A stretch of 64,000 nt of DNA. Origin: Candidatus Latescibacterota bacterium (GTDB lineage: Bacteria > Latescibacterota > UBA2968 > GCA-2709665). The notes under the pieces are model-generated. The model worked only from the letters and a program-made list of their open reading frames with translations, searched no databases and was not told where the DNA came from. Both the position numbers and the translations under genes were made by a program. Positions 29,334-38,225 of this stretch are shown in pieces; position 1 is the first letter of the stretch, and the number at the start of each line of letters is the position of its first letter. The stretch is taken from positions 384,001-448,000 of the forward strand of contig CBDCOX010000002.1 in the NCBI GenBank assembly GCA_965219995.1, read 5' to 3'.

Positions 29334-31124
29334 CTAGCCCTCATACCAACCCGCCTGAAGCGCCCACATCCGTGCGTACTCTCCGCTTCGCGCAACCAGT
29401 TCGTCGTGGGTTCCGGCTTCGATCAGCCGTCCTTCCTTGAGAACGAAAATCCGGTCGCACATCCGGGCCGAGCCAAGCCGGTGAGAGACCACGATCGTGG
29501 TGCGCCCGCCGGCGATGGCGAGAAAGCGGCGGAAGACGTCTGCCTCGGCCTTCGGGTCCAGAGAAGCCGTCGGTTCGTCGAGCACCACCAGGTCGGCGTC
29601 CCGCATGAATCCCCTTGAGATCGCGACCCGCTGCCACTCCCCGCCGGACAATTCCGTCCCGCCTTCGAACTCCCTGCCGAGAAGAGTCTCGTACCCTTCC
29701 GGGAGCCGGCCGGCGACGGTGTCCGCCCCGCCCCGGCGCGCCGCGCGGTCGATATCGGCCTGTTCGCGTATCTTCTCCCATCGGCCGAGCCCGATGTTCT
29801 CACCCAGGGTGAAGGCGAAACGGGTGTGGTCCTGGAAGACCGCTGTGCACCGCTTCCAGAAGAGATCCCTGTCCGTCCGTTCCTCCTGAAGGTCGCCGTA
29901 GCGCAGCTCGCCTTCCATCGGTCGGAACAGTCCCAGCAGGACCTTGACGAGGGTGGTCTTGCCCGAGCCGTTCTCGCCGACCAGGGCGACCTTCTCGCCG
30001 GGTCGGATAGCCAGGGTGACTTCGCTGAGTGCGTAACGCCTGGCCTGGGGATATCGGAAGGAGAGGTTCCGGACTTCAAGGGGCCGTCCCTCAAGCGATG
30101 CGATGGCGGCTTTCCCGGGCGGCTCTTCCGGGCCGAGGTCGAGGTAGAGGAACAGGTCGGCGATGTTCAACAATTGGATAGCAAGAAAGCTCATGCGGTT
30201 TACGAGGTGGTCGACGCCTGTACGTACCTGACGCAGGGCGACCAGCATTGCCGCGAACTGTCCGGCGGACAGCCCGCCCTGAAGCACTGCCCATGCGGAC
30301 CATCCGACTGCGCCGGCAAATGCCGAAAGGCTGACGGCGGACAGGCAACCACCGGTGGCGTGATGCCTGCGTCTCTGGCGGTACAGGGGGTCGGCGACCT
30401 GCCAGTAGAGGTGGTCCCACCACCTGACCAGGACGGACGCAATGCCGAAAACCCTCACCTCCTTGGCGCATTCCCTTTCGGTGAGGATACTCTCCAGATA
30501 TCCGCGCAGTCGGTCCTTCTGCGTCTGCCGGCGTTGCAGGTAGAACTCGTGCACGTTGTGGTAAAGGCCGGCCAGCGGCGGCGGCAACGAGACGAGGACG
30601 ATTGCCACGAGCAGGTACGGATCCCAGAACCCGACGACGACGCCCACGGAAACCGCGGTCAGCCCTCCGGTCAGGATCCGGTAGATCGCACCAAGAAGGT
30701 TCAAGAAGAAGCCGGGCGTCGCGGCCACCTGTGCGCGGCGCAGCAGGTCGTGGAAATCGGCCCGCTCGAACACATCCAGACGGAGAGACCGGGACTTGAT
30801 CTGGAGTTGCTCGAGAAGGCGGTCTTCCATCTCCTGCTTCAGCCGCTCCAGCAGGATGGTCCGCGACCACGTCCGGAGGCCGGTCTCGACGACGGTAACG
30901 GACGCCCAGCCCGCGAGCCACGGCAGCATCGAATCGACGGGTGCAATACCCTGGTAGACACCGACGGCGCGATCGAACAATTCCCTCACGATCCAGACCG
31001 TCGCGGCCGGCAGCAGGCCGGACGTGAACTCCAGAACCAGGGACGTAACTGCCCTCCATGGATCGGTGCGGATCATCCAGCCAAGAAACCGGATGAGGGT
31101 CCGGGGCCCGCGAGGACGCAGCAT
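29334..31124 (-). CDS. ABC exporter, fused permease/ATP-binding
   Basis: N-terminal TM helices, then GENGSGKTT, LSGGEWQR, LDEPT and SHRL. Confidence 0.92.
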   Translation of the reverse strand: MLRPRGPRTLIRFLGWMIRTDPWRAVTSLVLEFTSGLLPAATVWIVRELFDRAVGVYQGIAPVDSMLPWLAGWASVTVVETGLRTWSRTILLERLKQEMEDRLLEQLQIKSRSLRLDVFERADFHDLLRRAQVAATPGFFLNLLGAIYRILTGGLTAVSVGVVVGFWDPYLLVAIVLVSLPPPLAGLYHNVHEFYLQRRQTQKDRLRGYLESILTERECAKEVRVFGIASVLVRWWDHLYWQVADPLYRQRRRHHATGGCLSAVSLSAFAGAVGWSAWAVLQGGLSAGQFAAMLVALRQVRTGVDHLVNRMSFLAIQLLNIADLFLYLDLGPEEPPGKAAIASLEGRPLEVRNLSFRYPQARRYALSEVTLAIRPGEKVALVGENGSGKTTLVKVLLGLFRPMEGELRYGDLQEERTDRDLFWKRCTAVFQDHTRFAFTLGENIGLGRWEKIREQADIDRAARRGGADTVAGRLPEGYETLLGREFEGGTELSGGEWQRVAISRGFMRDADLVVLDEPTASLDPKAEADVFRRFLAIAGGRTTIVVSHRLGSARMCDRIFVLKEGRLIEAGTHDELVARSGEYARMWALQAGWYEG

Positions 31125-31138
31125 AATAGCATCGGTTT

Positions 31139-33049
31139 CTACCTGTACCACGAAGCCTGTTCCTCCCACATGTCGGCGTAAACGCCCCCGCAAGCCACGA
31201 GGTCGTCGTGACGTCCGTCCTCGACGATGCCGCCCTGGCTCAGTACCAGGATGCGATCTGCCATTCGCGCGGAGCCGAGCCGGTGGCTGATCAGCAGGGC
31301 GGTACGTCCCTCCAGCAGTTCTGCGAACTGCCGGTAGAGCGCTGCTTCCGCCACGGGATCGAGGGCGGCGGCCGGCTCATCGAGGATGAGCAATTCGGGT
31401 TCACGGGTAAACGCGCGGGCGATGGCGATACGCTGCCACTCGCCGCCGGACAGTCCCTGCCCGCCGTCGAGGACGTGTCCGACTGGGGTATCGTATCCCC
31501 CGGGAAGCCGTTCCGCGATATCGTCGACGCCGGCGCGGCGTGCCGCATCCGCGACCGCCGCCATGTCCGGTTGCAGCGAGGAAGGCCACAGGCCCGCGGC
31601 GTGCACATCGCCCGAGCCGCCCACTGTACCGATTCCGATGGATTGGCCGAGTGTGAACTCGAACCGGCAGTAGTCCTGGAAAGCCGCGCTCACGGCGTCT
31701 CCCAGGCTATCCGTTTCTATATCGGCATAATCCAGGCCGTCGGCAGTCACGCGCCCGGCGGTGGGGGGATAGAGTCCAAGGAGGATCCTGGCCAGGGTGG
31801 ACTTGCCGGCGCCGTTGTCGCCGACGAGGGCGACGCGTTCGCCCGGTACCAGGCGAAGCGTTACCCCGTTCAGCACGGACGGGGCTTGTTCGCCGGAAGC
31901 CAACGCCGGGTACGTGAAGTGGACGTTGTCCACGACGAGACCTCCCCGCAGGGGTCGGGGAAAGAGAGCAGCATTCGATGTGCCGTCCGTGCCGGGAGAT
32001 GCCTCCGGTTCACTGCCATCCGGTCGTTCGAAGAACTCCCTGACGTACCCGACCTCCGCGGAACAAGCCTGCAACTCCCTGGAGCTGAAACCGAGACTGC
32101 CTCCTGCCCGCAGCATGTCGCCAACGCCCTGAAAGAGCGCAACGAATCGTCCGGGCGTGAGGACCCGGTAACCCAGCAGGAACGCAAGGATAACCGCGAC
32201 GCCAACTCCCACTGCCACGTGAAATCCCGTGGCAGGTATGCTCACAAAGACCTGGCGTTGTCGCTGGCCCAGCAGTCGGTCCCGCAGTACGTGGCGCATC
32301 CTCCGCCAGCGCCCGGTCATCGGCTCGTGCAGGCCGAACAAACGCATTTCCTTCTGCTCAGATCGACCCGTCAGGATCCGGTTCACGTACCCGGCACGGC
32401 GCTCCTCCGGTGTCTCGCCATAGGTGAACGCCATGAACATACGGTTCTGTCGGATCTCCAGGAGGACAAGCGGCGCCAGCGCTCCCAGCATGGCAACGGA
32501 GATCCATATGGAAACCGGCGCGAACATGGAGGCGACCGAGACGGCTGTGACCACGGCCCTGGAGAAATGCAGCGCGCCGGAAAACAGCCGACCGAGCTTG
32601 CGTCCCGGATCGCGCGCGCGTTCCAGACGGTCGTACGTCTCGCTGACGTCGAAGAACAGCAGGGGCAGCCTCGACGACCGATCCAGAAGGCGGCGGCCCA
32701 GTACGTGGGAAAGATCCTGCTCCAGACGCAGGTAGAAGACATCGCGCAAATGCCACATCACATCGTTGGTAAACAGCTGGAGCAGGCCGAATGCAATCAG
32801 CCACGCCAGGATATCGTCAAATCCGGTCGGGCCGCCGTCTGCCGCATCGACGACGGCGTCGACGAGATGCCTGGTCACGTGGATGAGCATGGCCGGCTGT
32901 ATACCGAGGAGGACGTGTATGACAATCAGCCAGAGCGCGGCCGTCCTTCCGTGCACCCGGATGTGGCTCCAGGTCCAGCGCAGGTTGGCGAGAATGGCGC
33001 TGGCGCCCTCGCGACGGTTCCAGTATTCGAGATCGGATCTTGGCGGCAT
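31139..33049 (-). CDS. ABC exporter, fused permease/ATP-binding (likely heterodimer partner)
   Basis: TM helices, then GDNGAGKST, LSGGEWQR, LDEP and SHRL. Confidence 0.92.
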   Translation of the reverse strand: MPPRSDLEYWNRREGASAILANLRWTWSHIRVHGRTAALWLIVIHVLLGIQPAMLIHVTRHLVDAVVDAADGGPTGFDDILAWLIAFGLLQLFTNDVMWHLRDVFYLRLEQDLSHVLGRRLLDRSSRLPLLFFDVSETYDRLERARDPGRKLGRLFSGALHFSRAVVTAVSVASMFAPVSIWISVAMLGALAPLVLLEIRQNRMFMAFTYGETPEERRAGYVNRILTGRSEQKEMRLFGLHEPMTGRWRRMRHVLRDRLLGQRQRQVFVSIPATGFHVAVGVGVAVILAFLLGYRVLTPGRFVALFQGVGDMLRAGGSLGFSSRELQACSAEVGYVREFFERPDGSEPEASPGTDGTSNAALFPRPLRGGLVVDNVHFTYPALASGEQAPSVLNGVTLRLVPGERVALVGDNGAGKSTLARILLGLYPPTAGRVTADGLDYADIETDSLGDAVSAAFQDYCRFEFTLGQSIGIGTVGGSGDVHAAGLWPSSLQPDMAAVADAARRAGVDDIAERLPGGYDTPVGHVLDGGQGLSGGEWQRIAIARAFTREPELLILDEPAAALDPVAEAALYRQFAELLEGRTALLISHRLGSARMADRILVLSQGGIVEDGRHDDLVACGGVYADMWEEQASWYR

Positions 33050-33182
33050 CGGATGCTCCCGACGGCTGGCCGCGGACAAGAGGCTTCGTGATTGTCGAGG
33101 CGATAGGGAAGATAATGCACCGTGCGAACGAAATCAATGGATCTTTTCTACATAAATATATATTTATAAATAATTTATATGC

Positions 33183-33211
33183 TTGACTTTTGCGCCGATT
33201 TTTGGTATATT
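33183..33211 (+). promoter_or_regulatory. Strong sigma70-type promoter
   Basis: TTGACT-N17-TATATT with extended TG, preceded by a very AT-rich tract at about 33150-33180. Confidence 0.7.
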
Positions 33212-33227
33212 GTTTACGTGGGAAATC

Positions 33228-33269
33228 AAAGAGGGAGCAGAAGGCGATCGCCTTCTGCTCCCTCTTTTT
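33228..33269. terminator. Perfect 40-bp palindrome / intrinsic terminator
   Basis: AAAGAGGGAGCAGAAGGCGA|TCGCCTTCTGCTCCCTCTTT followed by TT. Confidence 0.8.
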
Positions 33270-33392
33270 CGGTAATTTCGATCGATCTTTTCAACCTTGC
33301 ACCGCACCGTACCCCAGGTCTGATCAGCCGGGGCACGATGTCAAACCGACGCGATCACTCGGAGGAACCTGCTGCCTGGAACCGCCGCCGAC

Positions 33393-33650
33393 TCACGATC
33401 GTTCACCCAGGAATCGCGTCGCGTAAATGTCCAGCACCTTTCGAATCATGCTCTGATAGGGTACGCCGTTTTTCCGTGCGTTCGACTTGAAGAAATCGAC
33501 GCTTCTCTTGTTGAGGTTCAGGGTCACACGCACTGTTTCCTCTTTCGGGACAAGCTGGTCGGGAGACGGCAGAAAATCCGGAATGATCCTGGCCTGTTCG
33601 ATGGCATCTGCAATTTCAGCAGGCGCTTTTTCATATTTCGCATTGCTCAT
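33393..33650 (-). CDS. CopG/BrnA-like ribbon-helix-helix antitoxin (orphan)
   Basis: DFLPSPDQLV.KEE.VRVTLNL...SVDFFK..A...GVPYQSMIR motif. Confidence 0.8.
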   Translation of the reverse strand: MSNAKYEKAPAEIADAIEQARIIPDFLPSPDQLVPKEETVRVTLNLNKRSVDFFKSNARKNGVPYQSMIRKVLDIYATRFLGERS

Positions 33651-33674
33651 AGCGCGTCCTTTTTTTGGGTTTTT

Positions 33675-33701
33675 ATCCTGTCGATCCCGTCCATCCATGT
33701 T
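33675..33701 (-). repeat. 3x9-bp repeat family A
   Basis: AACATGGAT GGACGGGAT CGACAGGAT on the minus strand. Confidence 0.75.
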
Positions 33702-33736
33702 AATACAGATTTAGGAATAGGTATCGCCGGAGGCTG

Positions 33737-35014
33737 TCAACGGTGATGGTACCCGTGACCCAGTTCCAGCCGGATGCCGAAAACCAGCGCGTTCTCAAGC
33801 GTCCGGTCGGCGCCGGGGTTGATGATGTATTGAATGTCCGGCTGGATTTGCAGCCTGTCGACGATCTGCACGAGGTACGTGAATTCGATTGCCGTTTCGT
33901 GACTCCGCGTGTTGCTGGCGGCACGGAAATCCGCACCGTACCGTGCCATCGCCAGGGAAACCCCGATCCGATCCTCCGGACGGCGCGGGACGAATCCCGT
34001 CAGGAGCGCCCCGGCGCCGACGTAACCGTCAAAGGGATTGAGCGCTCCGTTGGCTGTTCCATATCGGACGAATGCCGATGCGCTTCGCAGCTTGCTTTCG
34101 TTCGCGTAGACGGCGCCTTCAGCGAATCCGTACAAGCCGTAATTGCCTCCCCGACGCACGGGATTCCCCTGCGCGTCGGTTTCTCGAATCGTCTCGAATT
34201 CTGCGCTATAGGAGAATGCGCCGAGACCGAACCGCAGGCCGCGGGGGAAATCGCGGGTGTATTCGAGGGCATGGAGCACGCCCTCGCGGCTGTTCAACTT
34301 GACTGCGGCGGTGGCCGACGGATTGCCGGGGTCGCCGGGCACCGCGTCGAGCAGCGCGTAACGTATAAGGTTGTTTCTGTCAATCTCCCATTGCAGGCGC
34401 GCCGACAGTGACGTCACCGGAAATATCGATGGCCCGCTCTCTCCGGTCTGGGAATACGTGGGGACGATTCCGTGTGAACTGTTCAGGAATAACGCCGCCG
34501 AATCGACCGCGTCGAACTCGCTGTTGAGATCGTAGAGTCCGGTTTTCAGACTCAGCCCGTCGGCAAGACGATGTTCGTACCAGAATTCGTACAGCCGCAA
34601 CGCCTGTTCCGCTTCGATGTTGGTGACACCTTGTGCGTCACCCGAGTACCGGTCCGAAAACGTCGACGCATCATTCCAGAGCAGGTAGGCGAATAAGGTT
34701 CCGAACCGGGATCCGACAAACCGCCCAACGTCGATCGTCACCGTCGCATCGATGTTCTGCAGATAGGCGGAACCCGTCCTGATGCCCCCGGACGCGTTGA
34801 CGAGACCATCCCCGATATAACCGAATTTTGTCGTGACAACACCGGATTCGCTCTCTGTCTCCGCAGAGGCGCGATCCGGCACGCAGGAAACGATCAGCAG
34901 CACAAGGATAGTCAGACGCAGGAATCTGACGGCCAGTCCATCAGTGGCCTTTCCCGGTACGGGATCCGGAGGAGTGCCCAAAGGGCGGTCCGGTTTGCGG
35001 AGTGTCCGGTTCAT
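33737..35014 (-). CDS. Carbohydrate-selective porin (OprB family)
   Basis: GDAQGVTNIEA, LYEFWYE, GLYDLNSEFD, FLNSSHG and IQPDIQYIINPG motifs. Start uncertain. Confidence 0.88.
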   Translation of the reverse strand: MNRTLRKPDRPLGTPPDPVPGKATDGLAVRFLRLTILVLLIVSCVPDRASAETESESGVVTTKFGYIGDGLVNASGGIRTGSAYLQNIDATVTIDVGRFVGSRFGTLFAYLLWNDASTFSDRYSGDAQGVTNIEAEQALRLYEFWYEHRLADGLSLKTGLYDLNSEFDAVDSAALFLNSSHGIVPTYSQTGESGPSIFPVTSLSARLQWEIDRNNLIRYALLDAVPGDPGNPSATAAVKLNSREGVLHALEYTRDFPRGLRFGLGAFSYSAEFETIRETDAQGNPVRRGGNYGLYGFAEGAVYANESKLRSASAFVRYGTANGALNPFDGYVGAGALLTGFVPRRPEDRIGVSLAMARYGADFRAASNTRSHETAIEFTYLVQIVDRLQIQPDIQYIINPGADRTLENALVFGIRLELGHGYHHR

Positions 35015-35019
35015 CGAGT

Positions 35020-35442
35020 TCAGCCGGATTCCAGAATGAGACGGAAACCGCAGTTTCCGGCGGCACGATAAGCCGAAAAGCCGCGGCGGTCCAGGGTGGC
35101 GACGTCGAAGCATTTCATTTGTTCCGCCAGCAGCACGAGAGTGGCGTCCGCGTAATCCATCGGGGTATCCGCGTACTTTTCCATGAGCGTTGCGCACGCG
35201 CGCAGGGCCGAGGGTTGAGCGAAGTCGTACACCCGGATGCGGGCCGACGTGACAAATTCAGAAAGCAATCTGGGACCGGACCGGCTTCCCGCGACGAAAT
35301 GCATCGCTTCGGTGACGACTGCGCCGGTCGTACAGAGTTGTCCCTCAAAACCGTCGAGCGCGTCTCCCACGCCCTGATGGGACGGGTCGGCGGCGTTGAG
35401 ATAGGCGACCAGCGGACCGGTATCCAGCAGCCAGACCGTCAT
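35020..35442 (-). CDS. PIN-domain VapC toxin
   Basis: LLDTGPLVA, VVTEA, MDYADATLV and TLDRRGF motifs. Confidence 0.9.
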   Translation of the reverse strand: MTVWLLDTGPLVAYLNAADPSHQGVGDALDGFEGQLCTTGAVVTEAMHFVAGSRSGPRLLSEFVTSARIRVYDFAQPSALRACATLMEKYADTPMDYADATLVLLAEQMKCFDVATLDRRGFSAYRAAGNCGFRLILESG

Positions 35443-35672
35443 CGACGCCAGTTCCGTTCACGCAATTGATCGCGCCAGGCGTCGGAATCGGGATCTGCCG
35501 GTTCGAGACGTCCCTTCAAATGCCCGGCTCGTTGCCCCAGCGGACGATCGGAAATGGCGTCTGCGAGAAGCCTGCGTACCAGTTCCGAAACCGTCAATCC
35601 CTGCGCCCGGGCGCGTTCCTTTAGTGCATCACGCATGGCGAGATCGGTCCGTACCGTCAGTGTCGTATTCAT
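35439..35672 (-). CDS. RHH/CopG antitoxin (VapB-like)
   Basis: TLTVRTD...LKERARAQGLTVSELVRRLL. 4-nt overlap with vapC. Confidence 0.85.
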   Translation of the reverse strand: MNTTLTVRTDLAMRDALKERARAQGLTVSELVRRLLADAISDRPLGQRAGHLKGRLEPADPDSDAWRDQLRERNWRR

Positions 35673-35708
35673 GTATTACAATATACGACAATGTAATACG
35701 ATCTGCAA
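35673..35708 (-). promoter_or_regulatory. Promoter/operator of vapBC, likely leaderless
   Basis: TTGCAG-N17-TATATT, 7 nt before the ATG. GTATTACA-N11-TGTAATAC inverted repeat straddles the -10. Confidence 0.7.
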
Positions 35709-35800
35709 ATGCAATTCCGGGGATTCGCGTTTTCCATTGCTGTCTGTATATTCGTGAGAACGCTATGCGGGATCCTCTCCCGCATCGTACCAATGATGGT

Positions 35801-36679
35801 TCACACATCCACGCCGGCCCGCCGCAGCAGATCCGGTATCATATCTGTGAACTCAGCCGGTCTCCCATGAACACTGTCGCGGAACCGGACCATGACGTCT
35901 TTCACGAGCGGAGAGACCTCAAGCGGCACCCCAAGCTCTTCGCCGAGCGCAACCCCAAGACGCATATCCTTCACGGCAAGGTCGGCGGTCGATCCCATTC
36001 GATCACCGTCCAGGAACAGGGAGAGCGTGCGTTCGAAAATCCGACTCTGACCCATACTCGCTTTCACCGCGTCCAGAAGCCGGTTCAGGTCGATTCCCGC
36101 CCTTGCGCCCATGGCCACGCCTTCGCACACGCCGACGAAGTTCACAAACATCATCAGGTTGTTGATCAGCTTGACCACGTTCCCGGAGCCGGCGGGTCCT
36201 GCGTGAACGATCCTGTCGCCGATACACGTCAACACCGGCCGCACCCATTGCAGATCCTCCGCTTCACCGCCGACGAACAGCGTGAGCGTCCCCTCACGCG
36301 CGCCAAAGATGCCGCCGCTGACCGGCGCGTCGAGCACGCGAAAACCGCGTTCGGCGCCGAGCGCGGAAATACGGCGCATCACGGCCGGCGCGACGGTGCT
36401 GGTGTCGACAAAGGTCGATCTTGCTGCAAGACCGGCAAACACGCCGTCGTCACCCAACACCACGTCCTCGACGGCCTCGCCATCGGGCAGCGACGACAAC
36501 ACCACCTCGGATCGAACCGCCACTGCCTTCGCGTTCTCCGCCCAGGTCGCCCCCGCCGCCTCCAGGTCGCGGCCGGTCTGACGCCGGGTATCGTGGATGG
36601 TCAGTTCGTGACCGGCGCGGAGAATATTGGCCGCCATCGGCTGCCCCATGTTTCCCAAACCGATGAACCCGACTCTCAT
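35801..36679 (-). CDS. Beta-hydroxyacid dehydrogenase (3-hydroxyisobutyrate DH family)
   Basis: GFIGLGNMGQPMA, LDAPVSGG and KLINN motifs. Confidence 0.9.
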   Translation of the reverse strand: MRVGFIGLGNMGQPMAANILRAGHELTIHDTRRQTGRDLEAAGATWAENAKAVAVRSEVVLSSLPDGEAVEDVVLGDDGVFAGLAARSTFVDTSTVAPAVMRRISALGAERGFRVLDAPVSGGIFGAREGTLTLFVGGEAEDLQWVRPVLTCIGDRIVHAGPAGSGNVVKLINNLMMFVNFVGVCEGVAMGARAGIDLNRLLDAVKASMGQSRIFERTLSLFLDGDRMGSTADLAVKDMRLGVALGEELGVPLEVSPLVKDVMVRFRDSVHGRPAEFTDMIPDLLRRAGVDV

Positions 36680-36697
36680 ACGAATCCCTTTCGATAA

Positions 36698-37087
36698 TCA
36701 ACGGTGCTCGTCGTGGGTGTCGAATTCGGCCGGCATGGTGATTTCGATCACTTCCCAGTCGTCGGAGTATTCGAGAACTTCGTGCCTGACACCCGGAGGC
36801 TGATACCAGGCGTCACCCGCTTCCACCCGGATCTCTCCGATGTCCTCGAAGTAGAGGCGGGCCCATCCGTTGATCAGGTAGACCATCTGAAATTCCAGGT
36901 CGTGGGAATGATAGCCCAGCGGGCCGGTACAGGGCTCGTGAGCGCGGATGATGTGGGCCAGCACGCGACCCTCCGTTGCATCCCTGATACCCAGATCTCG
37001 ATAGCTGAAATACGAGCGCAATCCCTGCTGCATCCAGCGGGCATCTTTGGCGTGGGCGGCAAACGACTGGACCTTTTTCTCAGACAT
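36698..37087 (-). CDS. Cupin domain protein
   Basis: YRDLG, HSHDLEFQMVY and YQPPGVRH motifs. Confidence 0.85.
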   Translation of the reverse strand: MSEKKVQSFAAHAKDARWMQQGLRSYFSYRDLGIRDATEGRVLAHIIRAHEPCTGPLGYHSHDLEFQMVYLINGWARLYFEDIGEIRVEAGDAWYQPPGVRHEVLEYSDDWEVIEITMPAEFDTHDEHR

Positions 37088-37205
37088 CGTGAAATCCCCT
37101 TTCCAATAAAGTGGTATCCATTGACGGTCGGGCGTTTCTGTATTCGGATCTCACGAGCGGCTTACGACCGGGGGATTCTTCCAGGCCGTTCCGGCTGCCC
37201 GCGTC

Positions 37206-38213
37206 TCACGGGTTCCACACCTGATTGAACAGACGCATCCAGTTGCCGCCGAGAAGCTTCGCGATCTCTCCGGCGTTATAGCCCCGGCTGGCGAGCGCTT
37301 CCGCGATGTTCGGAAATTCCGAAGACGTGGCGATTCCTCTTGGTTGAAAGCTCAGTTCGGTGTAGGGAAGCGAGCCGTCCGCAAAACTGGATGGGAATTT
37401 CGTGCCCTGTTGCGATCCGATGTAGTGCCAGAATTCGAGGGGTTGGTCGTGGGTGGAATCCGTGCCGATGGCGACGTGGTCGATGCCGATCCGCTCCACC
37501 ATATCGTCGATGGCGTCGACGAAATCCTCCACCGTGGATTCGAATCCCCGGGGAAGGAAGGGAGCGAAGGAGGTTGCGCCCACCACTCCCCCTTTTTCAG
37601 CCAGCCGTTTCAGCGCGTCCTCTTCCTTGTTTCGTGGATGGTCACAGAAACTCCGCGCGTTGGCATGGGTGATGGCGACCGGCTGCTCCGAAGTTTCGAT
37701 GGCGTCCAGCGTCGTCCGCGGACCCACGTGCGACAGATCGATGAGAATCCCGCGCCGGTTCATCTCCCGCACGGCGTCGACACCGAAATTGCTGAGTCCC
37801 GCGTCGTTTCGTTCCCAGCATCCGCTGCCCAGAAGGTTGGTCTCGTGGTAAGTGAGTTGGATGACCCTCACGCCAAGGGCCAGGAACAGACCGAGGCGGT
37901 CGAGTTCGTTTTCAATCGGAGAGGCGTTCTGAAACCCGAGAATAATCCCGGTCTTGTCCTGCTGCTTGGCGGCGAGGATGTCGGCTGTCGATTTCACCTG
38001 CAGGATGTCGTCTCGTTCCCGGAACCGGCGCATCCAGGCAGCAATATGCGCCATGGTCTGGATGAAGTTCTCCCAGGTGGACACCGTCGCATTGATCGCC
38101 GTGAACTTTCCGTCGCGCAGTTCCTGGAATACAGCATCGCTGTTCCAATTGCATACGCTCAGCCCGTCGATTACAATCGCGCCGTCGTAGATTTCCCTCG
38201 GATGCGTTGCCAT
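37206..38213 (-). CDS. Membrane dipeptidase (M19) family
   Basis: IQLTY, IDLSH, THAN, HPRNK, IGTD and LLGGNWMR motifs. Confidence 0.9.
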   Translation of the reverse strand: MATHPREIYDGAIVIDGLSVCNWNSDAVFQELRDGKFTAINATVSTWENFIQTMAHIAAWMRRFRERDDILQVKSTADILAAKQQDKTGIILGFQNASPIENELDRLGLFLALGVRVIQLTYHETNLLGSGCWERNDAGLSNFGVDAVREMNRRGILIDLSHVGPRTTLDAIETSEQPVAITHANARSFCDHPRNKEEDALKRLAEKGGVVGATSFAPFLPRGFESTVEDFVDAIDDMVERIGIDHVAIGTDSTHDQPLEFWHYIGSQQGTKFPSSFADGSLPYTELSFQPRGIATSSEFPNIAEALASRGYNAGEIAKLLGGNWMRLFNQVWNP

Positions 38214-38225
38214 TGGATCACCCCC

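Noticed and set aside
29334-33049. RiPP/lantibiotic cluster suggested by the paired exporters
   Set aside because: No precursor peptide, peptidase domain or modifying enzyme nearby.
33179-33490. ORF MLDFCADFWYIV...
   Set aside because: It is the translation of the promoter and terminator, with no RBS or domain.
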